This document shows positions 41,490-54,939 of a DNA stretch of 64,000 bases, one piece after another. Each line of letters begins with the position of its first letter. Position 1 is the first letter of the stretch. The notes beneath the pieces were generated by a model. It was not told the DNA's origin and searched no databases. It saw nothing but the letters and a program-made list of their open reading frames with translations. The stretch is from Eledone cirrhosa (lineage: Eukaryota), in the NCBI GenBank assembly GCA_964016885.1, contig OZ024743.1, positions 215,202,001-215,266,000 on the forward strand, in the 5' to 3' direction. A program made the translations under genes and the position numbers.

Positions 41490-42351
41490 GATATTTTGAA
41501 TAGAATGAAACGAAATTTCATTTCTCACTCTTATTACGGCACTTACTTAAATGTAAGTATGCATGTATGTATACGTACATACATATATGTATCCAGACGT
41601 ACAGTAGAATGTATATATATATACATACATGCACACATATATATGCACGTATCGGTTTACCGAACATTTATTATAATGCTCCGCTTGTTTGTTTGTAAAC
41701 AAACAAACAGCCCGAATTACGCCGTACAGTGTTTGGGCAACCACGTCACCTTTTTGTTCAATACTGACACAGGAACGATGTACTAGTTTCAAGCTTATTA
41801 GCTATCGTCAGCATCGTATACCTTCCTGTCAGATGATTGAACGTCTGAAAGTATATACTTTCCTTATTCATTTTAACGGCTGAGCAGCCTAATTTGCATA
41901 TCGAGTGAGTTCAGTCGGCCGGGCACACCGAAAATATATATGTATACAGACGTACAGTAGTATGTATATATATACATACATGCACACGTATATATATATA
42001 TGCAGGTATCGGTTTACCGAACATTTATTATAATGCATTATAATAAATGTTCGGTAAACCGATACGTGTATATATATATGTGTGTGCATCTATGTATATA
42101 TATACATACTACTGTACGTCTGTATACATATATGTATGTACGTATACATACATGCATACTTACATTTAAGTAAGTGCCGTACTAAGAGTGAGAAATTAAA
42201 TTTCATTTCATTCTATTCCATTTATCGTTTTCGGTGTGCCCGGCCGACTGAACTCACTCGATATGCAAATTAGGCTGCTCAGCCGTTAATATGCATAGTG
42301 AAATTATATACTTTCAGACGTTCAACCATCTGGCAGGAAGGTATACGATGC
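41490..42351. mobile_element. Complex nested inverted-repeat element containing an HHR
   Basis: 41494-41676 is inverted against ~42039-42222; 41811-41932 is inverted against ~42228-42351; spacerless palindrome centred at 42035/42036. Confidence 0.7.
41775..41817 (-). ncRNA. Minimal type I hammerhead ribozyme
   Basis: Reverse complement: acgatg CTGACGA t agct-aata-agct t GAAA ctag TA catcgt: 6-bp stem I, palindromic stem III ACTAGT, GUA triplet. Confidence 0.8.
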
Positions 42352-42592
42352 TTCATTACGTAACTCTCTTTATCCCATTGCAGAAACTAATTAGTTGGAG
42401 TGAAAATTTAAGTAAGTTAATTTTTTTTTTTTTTTTTTTAAAGAAATTTTCTTATTTTACGTCTTATATATTATTGTTCTGCATTCTCCTGCATTGAACC
42501 ACCTAGGTACTATGACATAACCTGTGTATTTGCTGGCATTAGCGTACATCTGTGCGCTTATGTTAGTAGATATATTAAATTATCTATATATT

Positions 42593-42687
<95 letters not shown>

Positions 42688-42717
42688 AGATCAAAAGATG
42701 GTTAAAAGAGTTCCATG

Positions 42718-42788
42718 TATTTTATTATGCGCATTTCAAAAACAAATATCATCATGCAATAACATTTGTGTTTTCATCAGATAAAATA
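42718..42788 (-). ncRNA. Type I hammerhead ribozyme
   Basis: Reverse complement: tattttat CTGATGA aaacacaaat...atttgttttt GAAA tgcgca TA ataaaa; palindromic stem III ATGCGCAT. Confidence 0.72.
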
Positions 42789-43990
42789 GGAAGACATGAT
42801 ATGAAGGTTAAAAAACACTTGTGGATAGTGCAGTTTTAAATCAACATATGAAAGTAGTTTTAGATTGATGTGTCATATTGGGAAAACAAAATTTTTGAGG
42901 GGGGTGGGAGGCTCTCTCAGAACTCATATGGTCCTTGAAAGACAAAAATATTAAATATAACATCTCTTGGAAAAAGTTTTCTTCTGCTTCCTCATACTTG
43001 AACAGTTCTCTATCTAAGACTTGCAATCTCTGTCTAAATGAAAAAATTACCATTATATCTAATTTAGATTCTATAATAAATAGACGCACTGACTTGTTTT
43101 CTCTCTGCTTGCATAAATTCCACAGAACATTCCATAAATTATACAGCTAATATCCAATACTTTATCAATTTAGAATCCTTTTCTCAAAGGCACATATATA
43201 TATATATACATCTTTAAAAATATACCCATCTCTCTACCTTATTTCAAAGTTATTTATTATACATTATATAATACTTGTTACTCATTCTATATCACTCCTA
43301 TTTATCACTTCCCAATCTACCTTTTCCTTTTCTCTTCTTTTACCTTTAATTTCTAACCCCTAATCTGTACCTTTTCTAACTGGGCCTAACATAGAAACAA
43401 TTATTACACAATACAATATATTCTTACTTTATATCACCTTGAAAAAATCCTTCGTAAACATAAATATTTTTTTGACGTTAGATTATTCATCCTCAATTCA
43501 TTATTTTTTTCTCACTTTTCATGCTCATCTAACTATTTCATCCTATCTTCTACATATTATTAAACCCTTAAATATTATTCTTAATACATATTAACAATTT
43601 CTTTTCATCGCACATATTATTAAACCCTTCAATATACAAACCTTAACTTTACATTATTTTTCTCTTCGTTAATTTTCAAATTCTTTTAATTTATACATTA
43701 TCTTCCAACGGTTTTTCAACCTCTCTATGTAAAACAATATATTTTTCTCAGTTATAAAAGCTATCTCTCTCTCTCTATCACCCATCTCTAATCCTATCTC
43801 ATCCTTCCTCATTATACTCCTCCCCCTCCACTTTTTACTCTCATCTCTTCCTCTTTTTCATCCTTTCCAACCTCCCCCTATCAAAAACATTTTTTCCCAA
43901 TATCACACATCAATCTAAAACTATTTTTCATATGTTGATTTAAAACTGCACTATCCACAAGTGTTTTTTAACCTTCATATCATGTATTCC

Positions 43991-44060
43991 TATTTTATCT
44001 GATGAAAACACAAATGTTATTGCATGATGATATTTGTTTTTAAATGCGCATCATAAAATA
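43991..44060 (+). ncRNA. Hammerhead ribozyme copy with damaged GAAA
   Basis: Same fold as 42718-42788 with an 8-bp stem I and AUC triplet, but G12 is missing (ttttt-aaatgcgca). Confidence 0.5.
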
Positions 44061-44183
44061 CATGGAACTCTTTTAACCATCTTTTGATCTTTATATATTA
44101 TGTATACTCCAGTCCTACAAACTGTAGAGTGCTTCTTATCCGATATCTGCATTGCTTTATTGTACTACAATAAAACTCACCTC

Positions 44184-44271
<88 letters not shown>

Positions 44272-44294
44272 ACTAGACATAGATTGACGTATAT

Positions 44295-44580
44295 ATATAT
44301 AAAATAAACATATGGTACAGTCACAGGGAATAATTTGTAAAGTGTGTAAGCACACATAGCTAGGTAGGTAACTAATTAAAGTTTAACTAGAACTTCAAAT
44401 ATAGATACCTTTTAAAAATGATTAATCTCCTTTGTATATATGTCTTTAAGTAAAACATATATTTCACCAATTAATCAGTAAATCACAGTAATCAAATAAT
44501 GGATGGTCACAGCACAGCTATGTGTGCTTACGCACTTTACAAATTATTCACTGTAATTGTTCCATATGTTTATTTTATGA
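44295..44580. repeat. Inverted repeat (~65-bp arms) between (TA)n tracts
   Basis: aaaataaacatatgg...aagcacacatagct (44301-44361) versus agctatgtgtgctt...ccatatgtttatttt (44516-44576). Confidence 0.7.
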
Positions 44581-44702
44581 ATATATTTCAATATATTTCT
44601 AGTTTATATAAAAGGCTCGGATATATTGATTGGAATCTTTGAGCTTATTCAGCAGTGGATATGGCGCATCTCTCTCAGGCATGACAACCCATAATTTAAT
44701 TT

Positions 44703-44751
<49 letters not shown>

Positions 44752-44779
44752 ATATATAAGCAGCGATTCTTAAACTTTA

Positions 44780-45334
<555 letters not shown>

Positions 45335-45513
45335 AATATTAAATAAATGGAAACTATATTTATAAAACCATATTTATTTCATTATATATATTTCGGGGAT
45401 ATCATATTAACAATATGCTATGCCTTCCTCAGACAAAATACAATATAAACAGTTTTATAGATAAATAGATTCGACATACCGTTATAACACCGACTTCCAT
45501 TTGAAGAGGTTTA
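45335..45513 (-). mobile_element. Family C pseudo-LTR arm with HHR (45375-45440)
   Basis: Reverse complement of 47983-48165; core CTGAGGA...CGAAA tatata TA. Confidence 0.75.
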
Positions 45514-45516
45514 AAC

Positions 45517-46801
45517 TGTCAGTAGCTCCGACGAAGTTATACGTAGATTACACCAACTCCAGCCAGAACAACTTAAACTTAATAAATACGCTTTTAGCCT
45601 CGACGTTGTCTCCCTCTACACTACAGTCCCCGCTCACCCAGCTGTCGATTTATTGACGGACTGCGTGGTCGCAGAGAACATCCACTGCTACGGCCTCCAC
45701 CCGACGGACATACACCAACTTTTGTCCTTCACAGTAGACAACACGTACTTCACCTTCCACCACCACACATACAGACAGACAACAGGATTACCCATGGGAT
45801 CCAGCCTCTCTGGCCTGCTGGCCATCACTTACATGAACCAGCTAGAATGCCGAGCCCTCAACACCTGCCATTCCCATGCCTTCTTCACCCGATATGTAGA
45901 TGACATACTCATCCTTACATCATCCCGTGAAGAGGCAGAGAAAATATACACAACATTCTCCAGCATGGACGCCAGTATAAAGTTCAGCATAGAACACCCC
46001 GATGACCGCGGATCCCTATCCCTGCTGGACTTCCAACTCAGGGTAACAGAGGAAGGCAACATCCACACCTGCTTCTATAAAAAATCCGCCAGCAGGGACC
46101 TGTTCGTACATTTCAGATCGGCCCTCCCACTCGGTGCCAAGTTCGGATACATAAAGAACGAACTGGCACGTATCAAGAACAAATGCACCGACGCCAGAGA
46201 CCGAGTCACACACACCACACATTTCCTGGAAGTACTCAAACTGAACGGATACACGAGATCCACCACAAACCGTGCCAGAAAGAACAGAGGACACCACACC
46301 CGAGGCACTAACACTTGCTTCCTGAAGCTCCCACACTTCAGTGAAGAAACAACAACAGCCATCCGCAGAGCCATCAGACGAGAAGGTCTGGATATTCAAC
46401 TGGCCCATTCGGGTCCTTCTTTGCGTGGACGGCTAGCTAAGAGACACTCCACCAGACATGACAACTGCTGCAGACTAGCCAACTGCCCCATCAACGACAC
46501 AGACCTATGCCACCAGGCTTACGTAGTTTACAGACTAGAGTGTGACAAATGCAACAACTTCTACGTAGGTAGCACCACCAGACCACTCCACATAAGAATA
46601 AAAGAACACCTCAATACTAACGCTTCCTCATTTAAGAAACACCTAGTTAAATGCAAAAACACTGATAAAAACATAACAGTTAGGATAGAAACTAAAGAAA
46701 GAAACCTCGGTAATCTTAGAATCAAGGAAGCACTCATTATAGATAGAACACATCCACCAATCAATAATAGACTAGAGCTCAACACCCAATTTATAACCTG
46801 A
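45517..46801 (+). pseudogene. PLE RT (C-terminal part) + GIY-YIG endonuclease, open frame
   Basis: FSLDVVSLYT, GLPMGSSLS, TRYVDD, LSLLD, VVYRLECDKC..FYVGSTTRPLHIRIKEH, IKEALII, PPIN. Confidence 0.9.
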
Positions 46802-47177
46802 TAGGGCCTCTAGCCCCACTTTACACACCCCACACACACGCACGCACACACCTCCACTTATTCTCTCTCACACATACACACACAAAACCAGTTCTAACAC
46901 CAGATAACACCTACCCCCCACTTTTACGATTAGACCTATCTTCCCACACTCACACACACACATACCTACACCTTCATGCTTTCTCCCACACACATATACA
47001 GGCACGCATATAAAATTTAAAAAACACAACAAAAACATAAACAAACCCCTCTTAAAGGGAGACTACTCTTTACCCACCTAATTTTAATTCTTTGATATTA
47101 AAGTTAGAACTCTATACTATTTCCGGTCAGCATGGCTTCATTGGAAATTTAAGACGCTGGTCTGAGACTTTTACTTC

Positions 47178-47212
47178 CCTCCGAAGAAGAGATATTATCT
47201 CGAAAATTAAGG
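47178..47212 (+). ncRNA. Ultra-minimal hammerhead ribozyme, variant core CCGAAGA (family B)
   Basis: cct CCGAAGA a gagat-att-atctc GAAA at TA agg; stem III is only the palindrome AATT with no loop. Conserved in the minus copy at 52548-52582. Confidence 0.6.
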
Positions 47213-47430
47213 ACATTTAAATAAATTCAAGGTGAAAGACGAATTCTCATCAATATCTCTCACTATTGCATTCTTTTTTCTATGTCCATATCTGCATTGT
47301 CTTGGCCTTATTACACATATTCTAACGTTTATACCTCATTACACAATGCTTCAAGTGAACTATAACCTCCTCCCCATATATATATATATTTATATATATT
47401 TATATATATATATATATATGTATATATATT

Positions 47431-47488
<58 letters not shown>

Positions 47489-47494
47489 TATATT

Positions 47495-47533
<39 letters not shown>

Positions 47534-47660
47534 ATTTATATATATATTTATATATACGGTTTTCTACGCCTCGAATATGTCTGGCTATTTTTAACATTTT
47601 TTTCTCTCTATATATCTCTCTATATCTCTCTATATATCTCCCTTACATTAATACTTGAGC

Positions 47661-47695
<35 letters not shown>

Positions 47696-47982
47696 ATGTA
47701 TCATTGATACACTTACTCAAAATGACCTCCCACTACCTAATTTTCTATATATATATATGTATCTATCTCTATTTCCTCTCTCTCTATATATATATATATC
47801 TCTTTCTGTTTCTTTACATGAAGCTCTTCACTTTATCTATTTTTTCCATCTCTCTATTTTGTTCCATGCATTTCTTCTTTTTCTTTTTCTTCTTTTTCTT
47901 CCTTTTCTTCGTTTTGTCTTTCTTTCTTTTTTCTCTCTCTTTTTTTCTCTCTTTCTTTCTCTCTGTATTTTCACTGCTAGCG

Positions 47983-48165
47983 TAAACCTCTTCAAATGAA
48001 GTCGATGTTTATTACGGTATGTCGAATATATTTATCTATAAAACTGTTTATATTGTATTTTGTCTGATGAAGGCATAGCATATTGTTAATATGATATCCC
48101 CGAAATATATATAATGAAATAAATATGGTTTTATAAATATAGTTTTCCATTTATTTAATATTGTA
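47983..48165 (+). mobile_element. Family C pseudo-LTR arm
   Basis: Inverted partner of 45335-45513. Confidence 0.75.
48056..48121 (+). ncRNA. Type I hammerhead ribozyme (family C)
   Basis: tattttgt CTGATGA a ggcatagcatatt-gtt-aatatgatatcccc GAAA tatata TA atgaaata: 8-bp stem I with G-U pairs, palindromic stem III ATATATAT. Confidence 0.68.
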
Positions 48166-48197
48166 TATTTATATATATATATATTTATATATATATA

Positions 48198-48233
<36 letters not shown>

Positions 48234-48241
48234 TATATATT

Positions 48242-48272
<31 letters not shown>

Positions 48273-48305
48273 ATATATATATATATTTATAAATATATAT
48301 ATATA

Positions 48306-48420
<115 letters not shown>

Positions 48421-48560
48421 CCAAATATTAATAAGGTTCATTGATTACTCAATGAATATAGTTTTACAATAGATTCAAAGCAGTCAACAAAGAAGTTTTC
48501 TGGAGTTATTAATATTATTCAAAATATTAATAAATGAAGACGTTTCCATAATCAAAATAT

Positions 48561-48630
48561 ATGTATTTTTATATATATTTCGGAGGTAATGTGCTGTTGT
48601 TTCAGTACGTCCTCATCAGATAAAATACAT
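48561..48630 (-). ncRNA. Type I hammerhead ribozyme
   Basis: Reverse complement: atgtattttat CTGATGA ggacgtactg...cattacctcc GAAA tatata TA aaaatacat. Confidence 0.62.
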
Positions 48631-48979
48631 AAATTGATGTATGACATACCTCAACTGTCTTGATGGTTTAATTTCAGTCTTGGCAGTGATTTATTACAAC
48701 AGAACTCTATGTTTATATACCACAAGAAGGAATAACATGACAAACTAAATGAAGTGAATGATGTGGAGCGAGATATAAGTTTCATGAGAAAATATAGAAG
48801 ATATAAATAAACACATATGTACATAAATGTTAAAATATTTAAATATTCATGTTAGAGAAGGGACAGAAGAGAGAGAGAGAGAGTGCGAAATAGAAGAGCG
48901 GAGGGAAAGAAAAAAGATGAATATAAAAAGGAGGGAGAGGTTAATAAAAGTGGGGATGGAATACATAACTACAACAGGA

Positions 48980-49011
<32 letters not shown>

Positions 49012-49234
49012 AGAAAGGGACATGGTGCGTGACAGTTGTTTTCAAATATTAAGTCAGGTAGCAGCGACCAATTAAATACCGCTAGTATTACTCTATCTTC
49101 AATAGACACACAGTTAAAATTTCTTACTCAACAACTATGAATATTTCTCTAAATATTGCAAACATTAATAGCAAAATTCAAAATTCAAGCCAGCACATAA
49201 TTAGTGATAATAGCAATAATATTAATAATAATAA

Positions 49235-49424
49235 TAATTGTTTCTACGTTAGGCACAAGGCCAGCAAATACCCAGTACATTACTGGTACTTTATTTTATC
49301 AACCCCGTAATGATGAAAGGCAAAGTTAACCTCGGTGGGATTTGAACTCAGATCGTAAAGGGATGTAACTCTGTGCTTCAAAGCATGGTGTCCGACTCTC
49401 TAGCGATACTGCCAATCCACCGCC
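49235..49424 (-). mobile_element. Full-length SINE
   Basis: Reverse complement of the family consensus, with an (AAT)n tail. Confidence 0.9.
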
Positions 49425-50085
49425 CAAATTAAAACAAATAATAATATTACCTATAACTACATAGGTGCAACTTCATCGAACTTTAAACTTCGCTTTTCCA
49501 ATCATAAACATTCTTTCTCTAATCCACATAAAAAATGTTCTACTTCATTATCACAATTAATATGGTCTTTAAAAGAGAAACATAAAATACTCAATTTCCT
49601 GGGTTAAACTTAGAAACTCTGAATCATGTCGGAACGCTTTCATCTTACCGGTCTGCCATCTCTGCAATTTGGAAACTCTATTAATAATTACTAATTATGG
49701 TAATTTAATTAATAAGAAAATGAGTTATTTGCAACTTGCCTCCATAATTCTGGAAAATCATTTCAAGCATCATTTAATTTTAGAAAAAAAACACTGAATG
49801 AGTGAAATAAAAAATATTGACTTTTATTAATAATTCTTGAAATGCTACTGTTGTTATTATGTATAATGTTTTACCTTACCTTATAAAATTGCATATTGTC
49901 TCCTTTATATGGTGAGTTAATCTCATGATTGACTAAATACCTTTACTTCGGTTTTAGAATCGTCTTTGTATAACTTAAATTTTCTAAATTTGCGATTTGA
50001 AATACCTCCTGGCTTGCAAAGCATTTAACTAATTTAAAAGATCAGATATGCTGTACGGAGTTCATTTGTTTACATTTATCGTATA

Positions 50086-50888
50086 CTAGCAGTAAAGCCC
50101 GGCGTTGCTCGGGGTCGCTCAGTAGCTGTGTTAAAGTTACAATGTTAAGTTTCTTTTTGGCTTAAAAACTGTAGTGTCTACTGTGCAGACTTGCATGTGG
50201 TGGTTTTGATTAATATTCCCTCAACCAACAATATGCCTTATGAAGTTAAGAAAACATAACGATAACCCGAATGTTTTAACAAAAGAGGATTCTGGGGATA
50301 AAAACTGCACTGGTTATTTATTAACAAAGATCGAAAATGTAAACACTGCAACGCAGAGAAAAACATTAGCGTAACCAAATTATCAGTTATGTCTGTCTGC
50401 ACGCCTATATCACCTCTCTGCACGACTGTCTGTCTGCACGACTGTCTGTCTGCACGCCTAACGACGAAATATTTGCTTGTTTTACGTAGTCTTTAAATAG
50501 ACTTGTTTTCAAGTAAAAATATTGTTTTAAAATGCTTTTAAATGGAAATGAAGCAAAACGGAAGCTTAGTGTTCGAACTGATGAATTTTGCAGGTCAATA
50601 TTTTGCTGGCTCGACAACTGTTAAAGCCAGCGTAATTTTTTACGTAAGACGCTCAATGTAAACAGAACAAAGGGAAATAACTGATAACTTACGCTCAAAA
50701 ATCGATACATTATATTCGATTTCGTCACATAGGGTGGGTCAATTTGAAATTATTTTTTTTCCGATGTCTTCGCTAGGGCTCAATGTACAAGTATAGCAAT
50801 TTCGGTGCAATTCCGTGAGAGATTCTAAGAGCAGATGTGTGCCAAAAATCGATAGACAGACAGACAACCACAGTTTTATATATATAGA
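50086..50888 (-). mobile_element. Non-autonomous Helitron (~800 bp)
   Basis: Minus strand begins TCTATATATATAAAA with (GTCT)n and ends with hairpin CCCGAGCAACGCCGGG then CTAG; inserted between A and T without a TSD. Confidence 0.85.
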
Positions 50889-51406
50889 TAATTTTCGTTT
50901 TTATCCAAATAGAATAATTTAACATAATTTATACTGTTAACTGTAAAAGATTGGGTTGATTCGAAATAATTATACTTTGAAGAGTATATGTAACTATTAA
51001 TTAATCCTATATGTAATTGACAACTATTGATTTAAACTGTTTGTAATGTTTATAATGTTAATCATTCTAAACATTATATAAAATGCATATACAGATGGTG
51101 AAATGTGATTAATTATGATAAATATACTCATACATATTTACTTTATTTGTAAACTTCATTTGTAGGTTAAATGTGTCTGATTTTGAATTTCGTAACAAAA
51201 TATTCAATATATTTATTAATTTAAGTATACTTCTGATTATCATTAGAAATACTTCATATTGTTTAATTTTGATTTAATATATTAATATAATTTCGCTGAA
51301 ACATAACCAAGTACAATAGATAGTAATGATTTTAGCGGTATTTAATTCGTTGCTTCGACCTGACTTAATATTTGAAAACAACTGTCACGCATCATGTCTC
51401 TTTCTC

Positions 51407-51457
<51 letters not shown>

Positions 51458-51831
51458 TTTTTTCTTTCTTTCCTGTTGCAGTTAGGTATTCCATCCGCTC
51501 TTTTATCTCCCTCTTTCTATTTATTTTCATCTTTTTTTCTTTCCCTCCTCTCTTCTGTTTAGCACTCTCCCTCTCTTCTGTTTCTTCTCTAACATGAATA
51601 ATTAAATATTTTAACATTTATGTACTTATGACTTTATTTATTTCTTCTATATTTTCTCATACATACCCCCTGTTGATACTTATATCCCGCTCCACATCCT
51701 TCGTTCATCATGTTTAGTTTGTCAGGTTATTCCTTCTTGTGGTATATAAACATAGAGTTTTGTTGTAATAAATCACTGCCAAGACTGAAATTAAACCATC
51801 AAGACAGTCGGGGTGTGTCGTACATCAATTT

Positions 51832-51902
51832 ATGTATTTTATCTGATGAGGACGTACTGAAAAAACAGCACAGTACCTCCAAAATATATATAATAAAACA
51901 TA
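51832..51902 (+). ncRNA. Hammerhead ribozyme copy, GAAA mutated to AAAA
   Basis: ttttat CTGATGA gga-c-gtactg...cagtac-c-tcc AAAA tatata TA ataaaa. Confidence 0.5.
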
Positions 51903-51963
51903 TATTTTGATTATCTGAACGTCTTCATTTATTAATATTTTGAATAATATATATATATATATA

Positions 51964-52350
51964 TCACCTTAATCACTTTGACCGACCAGTCTGTCGGGCG
52001 TCCATTTGGCGCCGCTGGTCACAGCACGTCGCCCATTCCTCTCTGGATCATGCTTTCCTCATCCATGTAGTCCCAATCATATTCCTAAAATCGTAATCGT
52101 AATTGACGTGCAGGGTACTGAGGCCCTTTTCTTCGTGCTGTTTTAGCCATAAGATAACGCCAGCCCACTGTCTGGGTGTGCAGGCCGGTACCTCTTCAGT
52201 TTAGCTAGCTTTTGAACTCTAGAAGATGATGAATCATCTCTAGGACCAATAGTCTGATACCTGTGTAGCATGGTAAAACTTGCGAGGACATTGAGTCCCG
52301 CTACCATAGCTATCATACAGCAAGGGTCACTGCTGCGCCACTTTTGAGAC
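51964..52350 (-). mobile_element. Possible RTE-derived short element
   Basis: Minus-strand end reads REEWATCCDQRR... with an ACCAG/CTGGT stem, resembling RTE 3' ends; TA-bounded. Confidence 0.3.
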
Positions 52351-52386
52351 ACAAAAGTAGGATTTTGCAGAGGTATATATATATAT

Positions 52387-54720
52387 GGAGGAAGTTATAG
52401 TTCACATGAAGCATTGTGTAATGAGGTATAAACGTTTGTATAAGTATAATAAAGCCAAAACAATGCAGGTATGGACATAGAATAAAGAATGCAAATGTAA
52501 AGGATATTGTTGACAATTAGTCTTTTACCTTAGATGTATTTAAATGTACTTAATTTTCGAGATAATATTTCTTCTTCGGAGGCGAGTAAAGCGGTTAAAC
52601 CAGTGTTCTAAATAGGTTGCCAAGTCATGCGGACAGGAAATGATATAGAATATCTGTCAAAGAGTTAAGGATAGGTGCATAAAGAGTAGTCTCCCTTTAA
52701 AAGGTTTTTTTGTACATGCCTTTTTAAGTGTGTGGGAGAATGCGTGAAGGTGTAAGTATGTGTGTGTCTGTGTGTGTGAGTGAGAATATATGTCTATACG
52801 TAAATGTGGGGGATAGATGTTATCTCGTGTTAGAACTGGTCTTTGTGCGTGTATGTGTGTGTGTGAGCGAGAATAAGTGGGGGTGTAAACGTGTGTGTGT
52901 GTGTGTGCGTGCGGGGTGTGCGTGCGTGTGTTGGTATAAATATGGGGCTAGATGCTCTACCACGTTATAAATTGGGTGTTGAGTTCTAGTCTATTATTGA
53001 TTGGTGAATGTGTTTTGTCTATAATTAGTGCTTCCCTAATTCTAAGATTGCCGAGGTTTCTTTCCTTAGTTTCTATCCTAACTGTTATGGTTTTGTCGGC
53101 GTTTTTGCATTTAACTAGGTTTTTCTTAAATGAGGAAGCGTTAGTATTCTTTTATTCTTAAGTTAGTGCTCTTTTATTCTCATGTGGAGTGGTCTGGTCG
53201 TGCTACCTACGTAGAAGTTGCTGCAGTTGTCACACTCTAGTCTGTATACGACGTAAGCCTGGTGGCATAGGTCTGTGCCGTTGATGGGGCAGTTGGCTAG
53301 CCTGCAGCGGTTGTCATGTCTGGTGGGGTGTCTATTGGTTAGCTGTCCGCGTAGCGAAGGACCTGAGTGGGCCAGTTGGTTATCTAGTCCCGCAGTCTGA
53401 TAGCTCTGCGGATGGCTGTTTTTCTTTCGTCACTGAAGTGTGGGAACTTCAGGAAGCAAGTGTTAGTGCCTCGGGTGTGGTGTCCTCTGTTCATTCTGGC
53501 ACGGTTTGTGGTGGATGTCGTGTATCCGTTCAGTTTGAGTACTTCCAAGAAATGTGTGGTGTCTCGGTCTCGGTCTCTAGCGTCGGTGCATTTGTTCCGG
53601 ATACGTCTAGTTCGTTCCTTATGTATCCGAACTTAGCGCCGTCTTGGAGGGCCGATCTGAAATGTACGAACAGGTCCCTGCTGGCAGCTTTTTTATAGAA
53701 GCAGGTGTGGATGTTGCCTTACTCTGTTACCCTGAGTTGGAAGTCCAGTAGGGATAGGGATCCGCGGTCATCGGTGTGTTCCATGCTGAATTTTATACTG
53801 GCGTCCATGCTGGAGAATTTTGTAAGGATGAGTATGTCATCTACATATCGGGTGAAGAAGGTATGGGAATGGCAGGTGTTGAGGGCTCGGCATTCTAGCT
53901 GGTTCATATAGGTGATGGCCAGCAGGCCCGATAGGCATGATCCCATGGGTAATCGTGTTGTCTGTCTGTATGTGTGGTGGTGGAAGGTGATGTACGTGTT
54001 GTCCATTGTGAAGGACAACAGCTGGTGTATGTCCGTCGGATGGCGGCCGTAGCAGTGGATGTCCTCTGCGACCAGGCAGTCCGTCAATAAATCGACAGCT
54101 GGATGAGCCGGGACTGTAGTGTAGAGGGAAACAACGTCGAGGCTAAATGCGTATCTATTTAGTTTAAGTTGTTCTGGCTGGAGTTGGTGTAGTCTACGTA
54201 TGACTTCGTCGGCGCTACTGACATGCCTGGGGAAGGTGGAGAGTAGAGGCATGAGGACCTGGGAGAGGAGCCAGGACATTTTGTATACGGGTCCTTCTAT
54301 GCTAGAGACGATGGGTCTTATTTGTGTCTTAGTACTATTCTTGTGGGTCTTGATGAGGTGGTAGAAAGTGGGCAGTCTGACATTTCTAGTGGTGTAGTTG
54401 AGCTTAACTTTATTTGGGAGTTGTCTTCTCCTACAGATGTCGAACCAGATGGAGTTGGTCTGTTATTCGATCTGGGCTGCAGTCATGTCCGGGATCTCTG
54501 TATATAGTTCATTTTCGCTTGGGTGTTCAAAGGCGAGGTTGTTGTATGTGGCTTGAGATATGACGCAAAACTCTTTACCTTTGTCGGATGGTAAGTATAT
54601 AAGTTTCCTATTCCGTAGGTTCTTCAGGGCGAGTTGTTGTGTCCTGGAGAGGTTTGGGGCTATCTTCTTCTGTTTCCGTAAGATGTTAAATACGGAATGT
54701 TTTAGCCTCGAGAGTTTTTC
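52387..54720 (-). mobile_element. Degenerate family B Penelope-like element
   Basis: Reverse-complement homolog of 45517-47375, extending further 5' (PSDKG, YHLIKTHK, RPIVS, LDVVSLYT, TRYVDD); degenerate HHR at 52548-52582. Confidence 0.9.
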
Positions 54721-54756
54721 TTCAAGCTACATCACTATTTCAGAGCACCAATTCTA

Positions 54757-54790
<34 letters not shown>

Positions 54791-54939
54791 ATATAACGAA
54801 GGAAGTGTGGTAAGTAACCGGATGGACCATAACGCACCAGAGTACTCTGCCGTCGGGGTCCAACATTTTCATATATATATATATATATATATATATTGCA
54901 CTGGAGAAACACCAGGGCACTGGCTTTACTGTAGCACCG

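Larger units (their letters stand above)
42682..44186 (+). mobile_element. 5'-truncated Hydra-like PLE with inverted pseudo-LTR
   Basis: Inverted arms ~42682-42895 and ~43880-44097; EN C-terminus SLSELIWSLK...W...CNLCLNEKITI...INRRTDLFSLCLH at ~42910-43150; (TA)n on both sides. Confidence 0.8.
45517..47375 (+). mobile_element. 5'-truncated Penelope-like element (family B)
   Basis: RT-EN ORF, AC-rich 3' UTR, HHR, and an end 10 codons into the next ORF start, then (TA)n. Confidence 0.9.
48515..51948 (+). mobile_element. 5'-truncated Hydra-like PLE with long inverted arms (~48515-49090 and ~51325-51948) and nested SINE and Helitron
   Basis: EN fragment YIGATSSNFKLRFSNHKHSF...STSLSQLIWSLK...CHLCNLETLLI at ~49455-49750; HHR in both arms. 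Confidence 0.78.

Noticed and set aside
50575-50620. CTGATGA inside the Helitron
   Set aside because: No matching GAAA or stems.
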